Source of the DNA: Octopus bimaculoides
Lineage: Eukaryota
Assembly: GCF_001194135.2 (NCBI RefSeq)
Contig: NC_068981.1
Coordinates: 54,198,102 to 54,231,139, forward strand
DNA: 33,038 nucleotides
Direction: 5' to 3'
A program made the position numbers and the translations under genes. Under the pieces are notes generated by a model. The model was not told where the DNA came from. It worked only from the letters and a program-made list of their open reading frames with translations, and searched no databases. Of the stretch, positions 1 through 10,175 are shown piece by piece (the stretch's first letter is position 1; the number at the start of each line of letters is the position of its first letter).

Positions 1-28
<28 letters not shown>
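1..28. repeat. (TA)n microsatellite
   Basis: Uninterrupted TA run at the window start. Confidence 0.95.
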
Positions 29-34
<6 letters not shown>

Positions 35-174
35 GTTATTTATTATTTAATTGAACGCATCCATTTCCAAGTACGTATGTCTCCACCTTTTTGATGCCGC
101 TCTCTACCCTATACTGTTTTCTTCTTCCATCCTTCTCTAATTCCCTTTTCTCCCTCTCCCTCATTCACTGTTTT

Positions 175-262
175 CTATCTGTCTCTTTCTCCCCCCTTTC
201 TCTTTCTCCCTTCTTTCTCTTTCTCTCTCTCTCTCTCTCACTCTCTCTCTCTCTCTCTCTCT
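175..262. repeat. (CT)n / CT-rich microsatellite
   Basis: Degenerate then pure CT run; explains the LSLSLS and ERERER ORFs at 91-300 and 165-356. Confidence 0.9.
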
Positions 263-710
263 CGTTGCTCACACGTGACCATCTTTCTTTTCCTATATAG
301 ACGTTTAAACGAACGGACGTGTTTTTCTCTCTCTCTTCTATCTTTTCTGTTTTCAAAATAAAAGTTTCTCCCAGCGTTCACTCTTTCCCTCTCGTTCTGT
401 TCTAACGACCCTCCATGTTTGTTTTCGTTCGATTTCCTTGTATGTCTCCACAGTTATTTTTTTTGTTCCCAATTTTGACCCTCCATGAATCCTAAATTTT
501 ATTTTAGAATTTATGGGAGCAACTGTCTTTGAAGACTCATATTATTGTTGAATGCTCGAAATGAGGAGTAGATAGATAGCTGACAACTGATAAAGGGTCT
601 TTTCTCTGTATTAACTCTGTGTTAACTTGTCATGTTTGCACTCGTTTTACTCTCGTTTGTTTACGTATTTCGTGTTATTTGCACCGTTGGTGACGTCCTG
701 TACCCTTATA

Positions 711-713
<3 letters not shown>

Positions 714-754
<41 letters not shown>
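714..754. repeat. (TA)n microsatellite, tail of the adjacent SINE
   Basis: Pure TA run abutting the SINE 3' end at 755. Confidence 0.9.
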
Positions 755-757
<3 letters not shown>

Positions 758-903
758 CTTCTTTCAGTTTCCGTCTACCAAATCTCCTTGCATAGCTTTG
801 GTTGGATCAGGGTTATAGTAGGAGACACTTGCCCAAGGTGCCACGCAATGGGACTGAACCCGAAACCATGTAGCTGGACAGCACACTTCTTACCACACAG
901 ACA
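755..903 (-). mobile_element. tRNA-derived SINE, CORE-like (octopus OR-type), family A
   Basis: Minus strand reads TGTGTGGTAAG (box A)...GGTTCAGTCCC (box B)...GGCACCTTGGGCAAGTGTCT (CORE-like)...GGTAGACGGAAACTGAAAGAAGCCC then (TA)n. Homologous copies at 10520-10674 and 23511-23666. Family name from recall. Confidence 0.85.
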
Positions 904-1396
904 TATGAATTATTTTTAATTATTTTATTTATTTTTAATATCTACTGAAAATCATTAAGTTCAGTCTCTTAAAGTAATCAGTGTGAACATTGAAATGCAC
1001 AACTTACTTCATGGTTATCACTGTGGACGGTTCAACAGAAAGCGAAAGCAATAATCTTCAGATGATGTAAGATTTACCTTGAACATAGGATTAAATGAAA
1101 ACATAGTTTGTACTGAAGGATTAATCAACGATTTAGTATTTTGTTTTGTCTGACAACCTCAAATTTTACATACATTTTGTTGTTGTTGTAACCACAAAAT
1201 TATTCGTATTCGGAAAATGATCAATTTCTAAAGTGGGAGGTAGACGAGAATGTAATCACTGTTGCAATTCAAGTTAGTTACAATCCAGAAATTGAGCCTG
1301 TGGCGTGATTTCTATTGTTGAAGTATATACGCCCGTAAACAAATGTTCATTGTAGATGATGATATATACACTAGCATATACGCACAAGCATATATA

Positions 1397-1564
1397 TGAG
1401 GAGGTGCTGAAAAGTTCCTGGTTTTGGGTAAAAAAAAAAAATACAGGACGATCAGTTAATTATGATTTTATTGCTGCGATCCTTCAGTTTTTCTAAGCCC
1501 TGTAAAAAAAAAAACAAAAAAACTCGGATACCCTTAAAGCCAGGACCTTTTCAGCACCCCTTCG
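1397..1564. mobile_element. Tc1/mariner-type MITE (168 bp)
   Basis: TIRs TGAGGAGGTGCTGAAAAGTTCCTGG / CCAGGACCTTTTCAGCACCCCTTCG; TA at 1395-1396 and 1565-1566 (TA TSD). Confidence 0.85.
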
Positions 1565-1899
1565 TATATGCATGCGCATTTACATAAATACTCTAAATGC
1601 TGCATCATATTCTTTCGCCAACAACTGCTAGCCACCTAACGTCTAAATGCATCCAGGATCATACTTGAAAACATGAATCAATAGCATCATAAGAATCGAG
1701 AAGAATTGCCTGAATGATATTCAGGGGTACACAGCTCTGTCACAACAAAACATTTGATAAACGGCTTAAGACTCTGCAGGGGTGTCAGAAACCTTTGGAG
1801 TGTTAGCAACAGAGATAACTGCAGTCTAAATTGGACCAATAATCGAAAGCACTACCAATGCTTCCTTCAGATCCCAAATGCTCGTTGTGGTAGCTATAT

Positions 1900-2315
1900 G
1901 TAGGAAACGGAAAGTGTTGTCTGAGGAGGAATTGTTGTAGTTTGATTCATGAGGTATGTTTAGTCTTAGTGTAGGTTGCTCAAAATGCAACGGTAGCTTA
2001 ATTGTAATGTTGTTATGTCTTCTCTTGTGATAAGTGTATTGTCTTTATGTTCATGTAGTTTATGTCGTAATGGTAATTAGTTTGTAATGTCCCTGTATTG
2101 TCGTTACATCAGGATGAGTTGTATCCACTGAAATGTCTCTGAAAGATATAGTGTTTGGGAGTGTATTAAGATATTGTAGCCTGGAAGAGAACTTAGTGGC
2201 ACAGTTGGTGTTGTCATGTATATTATTTAGTATTTTAATGTTTTTCACGTGGCTGGGCTGTATCCTGAATTCTTGCATTTTAAATATGTTTTCGTATTTA
2301 ATTTGTGCGCCAGTA
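1900..2315 (-). mobile_element. Highly decayed LINE relic (APE endonuclease-like), interrupted by the MITE at 2324; probably continues past 2887
   Basis: Minus-strand HPDVTTIQGHYKL (2079-2116) resembles PDIITIQETKL, and TLITREDIT (2011-2037) resembles GGLITLIKDNIT of non-LTR APE domains; frameshifted with stops. Confidence 0.4.
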
Positions 2316-2323
2316 TTGTTTTG

Positions 2324-2878
2324 GGATCTTTTTTAAAACGGGGGCCACATTTTTCATTAATGTTTTACGTAGTGTTTTTGGTACCGAAAGACTTTCAAAC
2401 TTCGTATACTTATCTATTTTGTGTTATAGAACAGAAAAATATTTTTGTATTCGAATTTATTTCATGTAAAAAATTATCTTATTTCGATAATTTCAACCAA
2501 TCACTGACGTCCATTCAGTCGATATACATTAAGTGCCGACTACATAAACAAACGATTCTTCGTTTTATTTGCTTTTTTCATTTTAAATTTGCTTTAACCC
2601 TAACCCTAACCCTAACCCTAACCCTAGGGTTAGGATTAATTGTTTCAGAATCGTTTGTTTATGTAGTCGGCACTTAATGTATATCGGCTGAATGGACGTC
2701 AGTGATTGGTTGAAATTACAGAAATACGACAACTTTAACATGGAATAATTTATGGATTTCTTTTTTTTTTAAAGAAGACTAAGAGAAAAAGATGTTTTAT
2801 ATGACACATTCTACCAGTGTTCCAAGTTTCAAAGTGTTTCGTTAATGAAAAATGTGGCCCCCGTTTTAAAAAAGATCC
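2324..2878 (+). mobile_element. Non-autonomous foldback DNA transposon with central telomeric palindrome, copy 1 (555 bp; Merlin- or MULE-like termini)
   Basis: 37-bp perfect TIR GGATCTTTTTTAAAACGGGGGCCACATTTTTCATTAA (2324-2360 / 2842-2878); 8-bp TSD TTGTTTTG (2316-2323, 2879-2886); inner 72-bp inverted repeat (2488-2559 / 2647-2718, 1 mismatch); (TAACCC)5-TA-GGGTTA-GGATTA core at 2595-2638. Confidence 0.95.
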
Positions 2879-4128
2879 TTGTTTTGTGATATCTATGTTT
2901 TGGATGTATGAATTTATGTATTTTAAAGACTTCCACCATAATTTTGTTTCTCTTTCGTTACCGGAGAGTACTAAGGACTTGTGTGATTTGCAGTATTTCC
3001 TCATATCTTTGCAATGTGACTGCTATGTATGATGAAGTAGTATATTCAGTTCTGTAAATTTAAATTTACGTGGCGTATACAACCTATCCTGAGCAGTACT
3101 CTGTATTTTGTTGTGCATGGGTTTAGCATATTCATTGTTATTTTTACTCTTGTTATTCTTATTATTGTGAAGATCATTCTTTGAGCTGGAAAATTTAATA
3201 GAAAAATAATGGTCTTCTGTTTTTTTGTTGTTTTATATCATGTTGGAATGCAGTTTATGCTTAGGATATTTTTGTTTTGTATCATATCTGTTGCATTTAG
3301 AAATACAAATCAGCTAACACCTTGAAAGTTTCATCAGCTACAGCAAATTCACCCATTACTCCGGTTAGCAGAAGTTTCATTTTCTACATTCACGCATACA
3401 AGCCCGCTTTTACAGTTGCCTATTTCGTTTTCACTTAAAGTGATTAATGAAATATGTTTTTCCTACTCGAGACTATCCAGGTGCCATCTACTTACATTAT
3501 GTTAACGATCAAGCTTCCTCTCTTAAAACAGAATTTTCTCTTTTGAATTAAGCTTTGTATACCATGGTTCTGCTGTTTAAATTATACATGAATTATATAT
3601 GAAGAGGCAAGTAACACCCTAAATTTGGTAAGAGAGACTGATCTGGGATAGAAAAATTTCTATAGCTAACATATTTGTATCTCTAAATCCTGTCTGAATA
3701 ATTAATTCCCTCTTGCTTCAAGTAGAGGCTGGGCATATCTGTAAAAACTTAAATTTGACATCAAATAATAAGACGAATATTATTCCGTATGTTTAAATCT
3801 TGAAGCTCCTACTTCATCATTCTCTATGTAATCAATGTGTGTGACGTCGATTTCATATTCAAATGTTCATTCTTTTAGTATTTCACCTACCAGATTCCGT
3901 AATCTAAAAATGTCAAATTATTTATCCATAATTTATCCATAATCCAATCCTGGACCCCGTCGTGGAAAACCCGAAAAATAGCAATCATTGGATTTTTTCA
4001 TTTGGAAAGATTATGAACTTATAGAAGTTATTCCGATCAGACTAAGGATTTAAAACATTCTATTCATATATATGTATTTCGTATAGATGACTTATAGCAT
4101 ATAGTGAATGACTACAATAAGAATAATT

Positions 4129-4352
4129 GTTTCTAATTTAAGGATAAGGGCTGAAGTTTTGGGAAGAGGGAAAATCGATTACAGTGACCCCAATACTTGA
4201 CAGGTACTGACAAGTACTTTATTTTATCGACCCCGAAAGGATAATGACAAAGTTAACTTCAGCAGTATTAGAACTCAGAATGTAAAGAGCCGGAAGAAAT
4301 ACAACTAAGCATTTTGTCCAACGTGATAACGATTCTGCCAGCTCGCTGCCTT
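4129..4352 (-). mobile_element. tRNA-derived SINE, family B (octopus OK-like)
   Basis: Reverse complement of GGCAGCGAGCTGGCAGAATCGTTA...GAGTTCTAATACTGCTGAAGTTAACTTTG...CGGGGTCGATAAAATAAGTAC; homologous to 31131-31350. Confidence 0.85.
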
Positions 4353-4356
4353 ATTG

Positions 4357-4547
4357 CTTCCAATTTTCGGTTTAAAGCGAGTAACTACAGGTGGAAGGGG
4401 TTTATCGATTATATTGACCCCAGTGCTCAACTGGCACTTATTTTATTGACTCCGAAAGGATGAAAGGCAAAGTTGACCTTAGCAGAATTTGAACTCAAAA
4501 CGAAGAGTCGAAAGAAATGCTTAGCATTTCTTCCGACTCGCCGCCTT
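4357..4547 (-). mobile_element. tRNA-derived SINE, family B, second copy in tandem
   Basis: GACCCCAGTGCTCAACTGGCACTTATTTTATTGACTCCGAAAGGATGAAAGGCAAAGTTGACC...TTTGAACTC; head internally deleted. Confidence 0.85.
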
Positions 4548-5942
4548 GAAATTGCTTAAGACATGCATTAAGTTAATTGATGTCTCTCTTTTATATCTAT
4601 CTCTCTAACCATATATATCGTATGTTCGTATTCATACGTTTCACATTATTAACGTCTGTCTAGACAAGTTACGTTTCTAAGTGGTTATACAATCCATATA
4701 TGCTTGTCTATATGCAAACAGCATGTTCTCTTTTCTCAATGAGAGAAGGAAGACAGCAAGAGGATAAGCTACTGGAAAACTAATTGAGAGATCATAAGTT
4801 CGAATTTTGTCACAACAACTGATAGTTAAGTGACCTAGACACTGATTTCTCAAAGATTGATGCTACCTAATGAAAACAGCCGTTTTAAGTGGCAGCGGTA
4901 CTGTAAAATTGGCAAGAGGTAAATCGTTAGCTTGCTGATTTCGAATCCTCTTTTGAGCTTGGAGAATCTCGTTCCGTGTCTTCTTTCTTCTTTCTTTTAA
5001 TCATTATATGAAGACTGGATCTTCAGTGTTACTATATCCCAATATGCATTTGTGCATCATTGATATTATCCTACCAGAAAAATATGACTTTTTATCTTTA
5101 CTCGTTGATGTCACTAAATCTAGTTAGTATTTGTAATTCTTTTAATAGTTTTCAACTTTGATTTTACGTATTTGAAAAATAATTTAATTTCATTTGGTAA
5201 AGCTCATTCCCGGACTGATTCCTCACGATCTTAAGAAAAAAGACTTTGATAAAAGATATAATGAAACTTTACAACAAACAATTTGTGAATAATTTTATAG
5301 CCTAAAAGCATAATCATATAAAAAGTGTTTGGCATTTCTTTAAAAAAAGTTGTTATCTGGATTCTATAACTTTAAAACTTAATATATGCATCAATGAAGC
5401 CATCATAAATCTCAGAACTCACTGTTTGTTTCTTTTATTCATTACTTTTTAATTAATCACCCTTCACAAAAGACTGAACATGTGTATGAACTTCTGTTCA
5501 GCACAGAAAAGTCTCAAATTACAACCCGCTACAAAGAACAAAGCGTTTATTATGAAATAGTATTATGAAGTGTACACAACTATATTCTGTGAAAATGGAA
5601 AATACTTTCTGGATAAAAAGTGTCATGGTTTTTATCTTTTATGCAAGTCCATACACACAGTGCACATATACATACAGATGCCAATGAGAAAATATCGATA
5701 TTCTAGTTTCGCTTACGACTATAAATGGCATTGCCATTTAAAACATTTCTTTTCATGTGACTAACATAAACAAGATGAAAGCTGAAATAAATCTTCTGGT
5801 TTTACATGCCTCTGTTTTTAATACGACTCATCGTTCAAACTTTTGTAGTTTCGAATGCTCTTTTTTCACTTTTGTTATTATCAATGATCTTTTATGCATT
5901 ATTTTTATTGATAGATTACTGAAAATTCTTTGAGGATCTCTT

Positions 5943-6008
5943 NNNNNNNNNNNNNNNNNNNNNNNNNNNNNNNNNNNNNNNNNNNNNNNNNNNNNNNNNN
6001 NNNNNNNN
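5943..6008. other. Assembly gap (66 N)
   Basis: Run of N. Confidence 1.
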
Positions 6009-6016
6009 TAGTATGT

Positions 6017-6118
6017 GTTATTTACTGAAACACATACTATTGACAAACTATACTATATATATATATGTATGTATGTATATAGTATAGTTTGTCAATAGTA
6101 TGTGTTTCAGTAAATAAC
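6017..6118. repeat. Perfect 43-bp inverted repeat with 16-nt TA/TATG spacer
   Basis: 6017-6059 is the exact reverse complement of 6076-6118. Confidence 0.9.
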
Positions 6119-6419
6119 TATTGCACATCAGACTTTTTCAGCTGTTTCAGTCTTATCATAACCATTCCTATCAAAATTACTCGCACATCAGAACGAATAT
6201 TATGAACACTTTAACTGACAGATGTTGAAGTCACATCAGACAATTAAGTGAGATCATGAAAAAAGTTCTACGAAATAACTCTATTAACTAATAGAGTTGG
6301 CACATATTTTTTTCTGTTTGAAGTTTCTGCGGCCATATGTTCGAAATTGCAATGGTTAATATCTGTCCAGCACAGACATGGTTCTCACAAATCCACTATT
6401 CCAAATTGAATGATTAGAC

Positions 6420-6560
6420 AGTGACTGTTAGTGCTGTCTTTAGATTCAAGCCACCCTTGATTGAGCAGATCTATGCTTCAAATTATTCTATATGTGACTT
6501 TGCCGTTGTTTTGTATATCTAGAACCACTTTGTCCAATGTATCCTTTCTGTTTTAAGAAT
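6420..6560 (-). mobile_element. Decayed copy of AAC-tailed interspersed repeat (family C)
   Basis: CCACCCTTGATTGAGCAGATCTATGCTTCAAA is the reverse complement of the TTTGATCATAGGTCTGCTCGATCAGGG-like module seen at 28819-28862 and 28999-29042. Confidence 0.45.
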
Positions 6561-6871
6561 ACAGGGCTATGTTACAGTAAGTAGATAGAGACCGCATATG
6601 TTGCTTGATAGCAGAAATGAAACTCCGTTATAGCAAGTCAACCTACCATTCATTTAAGAGTATTAAAATCAGTTCGAACAGCATATTAGAAAAATATTTA
6701 AACAAAATAGCTGTTTTTGTATCGTGAACACAATAATTCATTGGAATATCTAACTGCAGAAACAACTACTACAACAGCACAAATTTAGCTGTGTTCTTAC
6801 TCCTACACAATGCCAGATGACTGAGGTGAAATCCTACGAATTAAGTTATTTTAATACTTAATTTAGGTGAA

Positions 6872-7085
6872 CAGTGAGCTGGAACCAGTTACCATGTCGG
6901 CCAAAATGATTAGCGACATTTCTTCCGACACTTTACGTTCAGAGTTTAAATTCCGCCGAGATCGACTTTGTCTTTTACCCTTTAAGGGTCGATAAAATAA
7001 AGTACCAGTCAAGTACTGGGATAGTTGTACTCGACTTGCCGCTGCCCTAAAAATGACTGACTTTGTGCTATAGTTAAAAAGAATA
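6872..7085 (+). mobile_element. tRNA-derived SINE, family B
   Basis: GAGCTGG...CAGAGTTTAAATTCCGCCGAGATCGACTTTG...GGGTCGATAAAATAAAGTACCAGTCAAGTACTGGG. Confidence 0.85.
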
Positions 7086-7733
7086 ATCAATATTGGTGTA
7101 TAGAAGAAATATGTGAATGTTGTTATACGTTACAGTTTCGGGGTGGACTGAACATGTACACGAAACATGATAATATCAGAACAACCCAGTATTATACAGC
7201 CTGTCACTCTTGCACCTGCTGCTGTTTATCATTATCATAATCGAATGCACACATAGCTGGAATAGCTATAGACGTATAACCACCAAATAAACAACGAATA
7301 GCAGAAGATCGCACACATGATAAAGCAGCTTTAATATTATTGTTGTTTTTTTCCTTTGTAAGGTTATCTAACGTGGGATCAAGAACGAAGATTTATTCAA
7401 CTGACTCCAATGCATTACATATTTGACTCAACATATAAGAATAGGAAACAATGCTGGACCTGGTGGGATTTGAATGCCGAATGTCAAGTATTTAGTTTGG
7501 TGTATGATTGTTTCCACCATCGTTCAGAAGAAAAATAAAAAGCCCATTTCTCTTTGATAACAAGCAATTCATATTTTGTTCTTTAAGGTTTTGTATGTAG
7601 AATTGAGTTAAGATATCCAATATAGTCTACCAAACTTAGAATAACCAAACGTATGGAAATATAGAAATTAATTCATTGTTATATCATACTAAATGCGAGT
7701 CCTGAAGTGGATACGGCTATAAATAATAATTTA

Positions 7734-8335
7734 TGATGATCAGCTGAAAAGATCACTGGCTGATCAAGAATGGAATGTAGCAAATGAGGTTTATTTTTCA
7801 ACATAATCCCCCTTACGGTCCACACACGTGTTCCATCGGTGTTGCAGTGCCTTGATTCCATTGGTGAAGATGCTTTCAGCGGCAGATATGACATCATCAC
7901 AGTGATACTGGTTTCCAGCCAAGTGTTTTTTTCATGTTGGGGAATAGGTGATTGTCAGATGGGGCCCAAATTGGGAGAATAGGGAGGTTATCCGTTGAAA
8001 CCAAGGACTTAGGTTCTGGAGCATTGGTCTGATGAAACAAGAAGCCTTTCATTGGTTTTCTTGGTTGTTTGGTCTGGATTACTTTTCGTAGCTGCCTCAG
8101 CATGTTGACATGGTACTCTCCATTGATGGTGTGACTCTTTTGAAGATAGTCAATAAACAATCCAAAAAAACTGAAGCCAGATGAAACGACTTTGGCCTTT
8201 TTTGGAGCAGGCGAGGGGAGGTGTTTCTATTTTATGGATTGTCTCTTTGTCTCTGGCTCAAAATGATGAAGCCAACATTCATTCAGGATAAGGAAATGAT
8301 CAAGGAAACCAGCAGGGTCTATCACAAACAATGTC
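7734..8335 (-). mobile_element. Decayed mariner element, 3' half of transposase plus right TIR
   Basis: Minus-strand translation across frameshifts gives PAGFLDHFLILNECWLHHFEPETKRQS...FIDYLQKSHTINGEYHVNMLRQLRKVI...FLFHQTNAP...APSDNHLFPNMKK...TNGIKALQHRWNTCVDRKGDYVEK* (stop 7791-7793); TIR-like TGATGATCAGCTGAAAAGATCACTGGCTGA from 7734. Confidence 0.9.
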
Positions 8336-8344
8336 AGATTTTCC

Positions 8345-8600
8345 CGTGATTATTATTGTTGCTATCGTTGTTGTTATCGTCGTCATTGTTTAGCTTCAGT
8401 TAGATTAGGGCAGAATTATGACCAAAGATATTCTAGTCGTAAACATTCTGCCTTCTTTTTTTTTTTTCTTTTTCAGGGCTAAATATACTCGTGTGTACAT
8501 AATCCAATATGTCCCTCACTTTTAAGAATAGATGTAATTTGAGGGAGATTTGAATGCTATTTCTGGCAGATCGAGCGACTATGTAGAGACTCCTCTGTTG
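8345..8600 (-). mobile_element. AAC-tailed SINE-like repeat (family C)
   Basis: Degenerate (GTT)n tail at 8345-8390, then GATGTAATTTGAGGGAGATTTGAATGCTATTTCTGGCAGATCGAGCGAC, the reverse complement of the module at 18096-18323. Confidence 0.6.
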
Positions 8601-9239
8601 AAATTAGGAAATGATGTTATGGTTTTCATTTCAACATACAAACTTTAAAGAAAAAAGATTTTCTTGCAAATAGAAAAGAAAAAAACCCAATCTAGTATAA
8701 ATCTCATTTCCATATAACTTGAGTTTTTAAAATCTAATTCGGTTTGTCATAAGTTAAATTCGCACAAAAATCAATTAGCAACATAGATAATTAACTTGTA
8801 AATGAATTGGCCAAGCCTTTATAGCCAACAAATCTTTAAGTAAGGTAATTAATTACTTAAACACTGAATAGCTTATTGAACTAACCACAAACACACACAT
8901 ACGATGTAAGAACAATGGTATACACTATACAGACATATACAGAAAAACATATATTAGTTTTTATTTCAGAAATAGCATGGACAAACAACTCACATAAGGG
9001 ATTTGCTAACAAAAACAGATCGAAAACATAATAAACGGATGAGATTAATCTCCATAAGTTTATCAAATTAGCCACTTAATCGAATTACACGTTTAGTGAG
9101 TTATTAACGCCACAGTGCAGTATCAGAGTCATACACTTATACATGTGTACCTATTGATGTCAATGTGTTTATACATGATTATATTGATGTACATTTATAC
9201 TTTTTGCGAGCGTGCGCGCATACACACACACACATACAG

Positions 9240-9268
9240 ATCTCTCTCTCCCCCTCTCTCTCCTCTCT

Positions 9269-9355
<87 letters not shown>

Positions 9356-9357
9356 AT

Positions 9358-9412
<55 letters not shown>
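9240..9412. repeat. Compound microsatellite (CT)n-(TA)n-(TG)n
   Basis: Direct reading; source of the overlapping LSLS/RERE ORFs at 9115-9496. Confidence 0.95.
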
Positions 9413-9413
<1 letters not shown>

Positions 9414-9419
9414 ATATCG

Positions 9420-9472
9420 ATATCAAGTTGAAAACACCGGTTCTCGTCCGTTCACCGAAGTTAAGCAACGTC
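9420..9472 (+). pseudogene. 5S_rRNA: 5S rRNA 5'-half fragment (about +11 to +63, includes box A, lacks IE and box C)
   Basis: ATATCAAGTTGAAAACACCGGTTCTCGTCCGTTCACCGAAGTTAAGCAACGTC matches the recalled molluscan 5S sequence with about 2 mismatches; similarity ends abruptly at 9472. Confidence 0.85.
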
Positions 9473-9563
9473 AATGAAGCTATTTACCACAATTAACAAA
9501 GGAAGATTACTTATACTCATAATAAGTATTCTTCCTCTGTTAATTGTAGTAAATAGCTTCATT
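9473..9563. repeat. 91-nt hairpin, 42-bp stem with 3 mismatches and 7-nt loop
   Basis: 9473-9514 pairs with 9522-9563; loop ACTCATA. Confidence 0.9.
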
Positions 9564-9780
9564 TACTAGTTTTATTCAATAAATTTATAACATATATAGA
9601 AGTTTTTTTACTGTTTAAATATTATAAATTTACGTTTGTCATAATGGTAATATATATACTAGTATTGATAGGGGTAAATTTCACAATAAATTATTAATTC
9701 CCGTAAAGTTTATATAGATAGGCGGTCTAATTTGACGTGTTTATAAAATAGTCGATGAGGGTTTCTTTATGTTCAGCCCT

Positions 9781-9822
<42 letters not shown>

Positions 9823-10014
9823 CGCTATTGTATTTCTAGGTGCTTAATTTTATTATATTAAATTTTTATTATTTTTTAAAACATTTATAATTTTCTAAGT
9901 TTTAAATTTTTTAAATTTTGTAAAAATATATTAGGAAGTTATATGTATATATTTTTATTTTTATTCTTATTTTTAATGAAGATATCTTAGAATTTGTAGG
10001 ATTAAGTTGGATCC

Positions 10015-10017
<3 letters not shown>

Positions 10018-10074
<57 letters not shown>
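10018..10074. repeat. (AAT)19 microsatellite
   Basis: Pure trinucleotide run. Confidence 0.95.
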
Positions 10075-10075
<1 letters not shown>

Positions 10076-10084
10076 GTAAGAGGA

Positions 10085-10175
10085 AAATAACCTGAGGATG
10101 CACTGGTGGATTTATGTATTCGGTATAGCCTGGTAAAACAAACCACCAGCGCTGAAACACGTGTAGCGTTGATTT
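10085..10175 (+). ncRNA. Degenerate type I hammerhead-ribozyme-like motif, probable Penelope-like terminal remnant
   Basis: CTGAGGA (10092-10098), stem II GCACTGGTGG/CCACCAGCGC (10100-10109/10143-10152), GAAA (10154-10157), AC-ACGT-GT palindromic helix III, GUA site (10163-10165); helix I poorly paired. Confidence 0.55.

Noticed and set aside
2595-2638. Telomere-telomere fusion scar
   Set aside because: A fusion gives (TTAGGG)n-(CCCTAA)n; here the polarity is reversed and the array sits inside a TSD-flanked element present twice. Note the arm lengths differ between copies (5+2 vs 3+7 units in copy-1 orientation, 18 bp net) around a fixed CCCTAGGG pivot, which slippage alone can explain.
2249-2677. 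142-aa ORF nearly identical to the 131-aa minus ORF at 16493-16888, suggesting a duplicated gene
   Set aside because: Both read through the same MITE; LTLTLT/LGLGL is translated telomeric repeat; non-ATG-like starts lie outside or inside the element inconsistently and there is no domain similarity.
9115-9496. Overlapping 68-120 aa ORFs (also 91-356, 632-919, 31821-32439, 32768-33026)
   Set aside because: Dipeptide repeats from microsatellites that lack stop codons.
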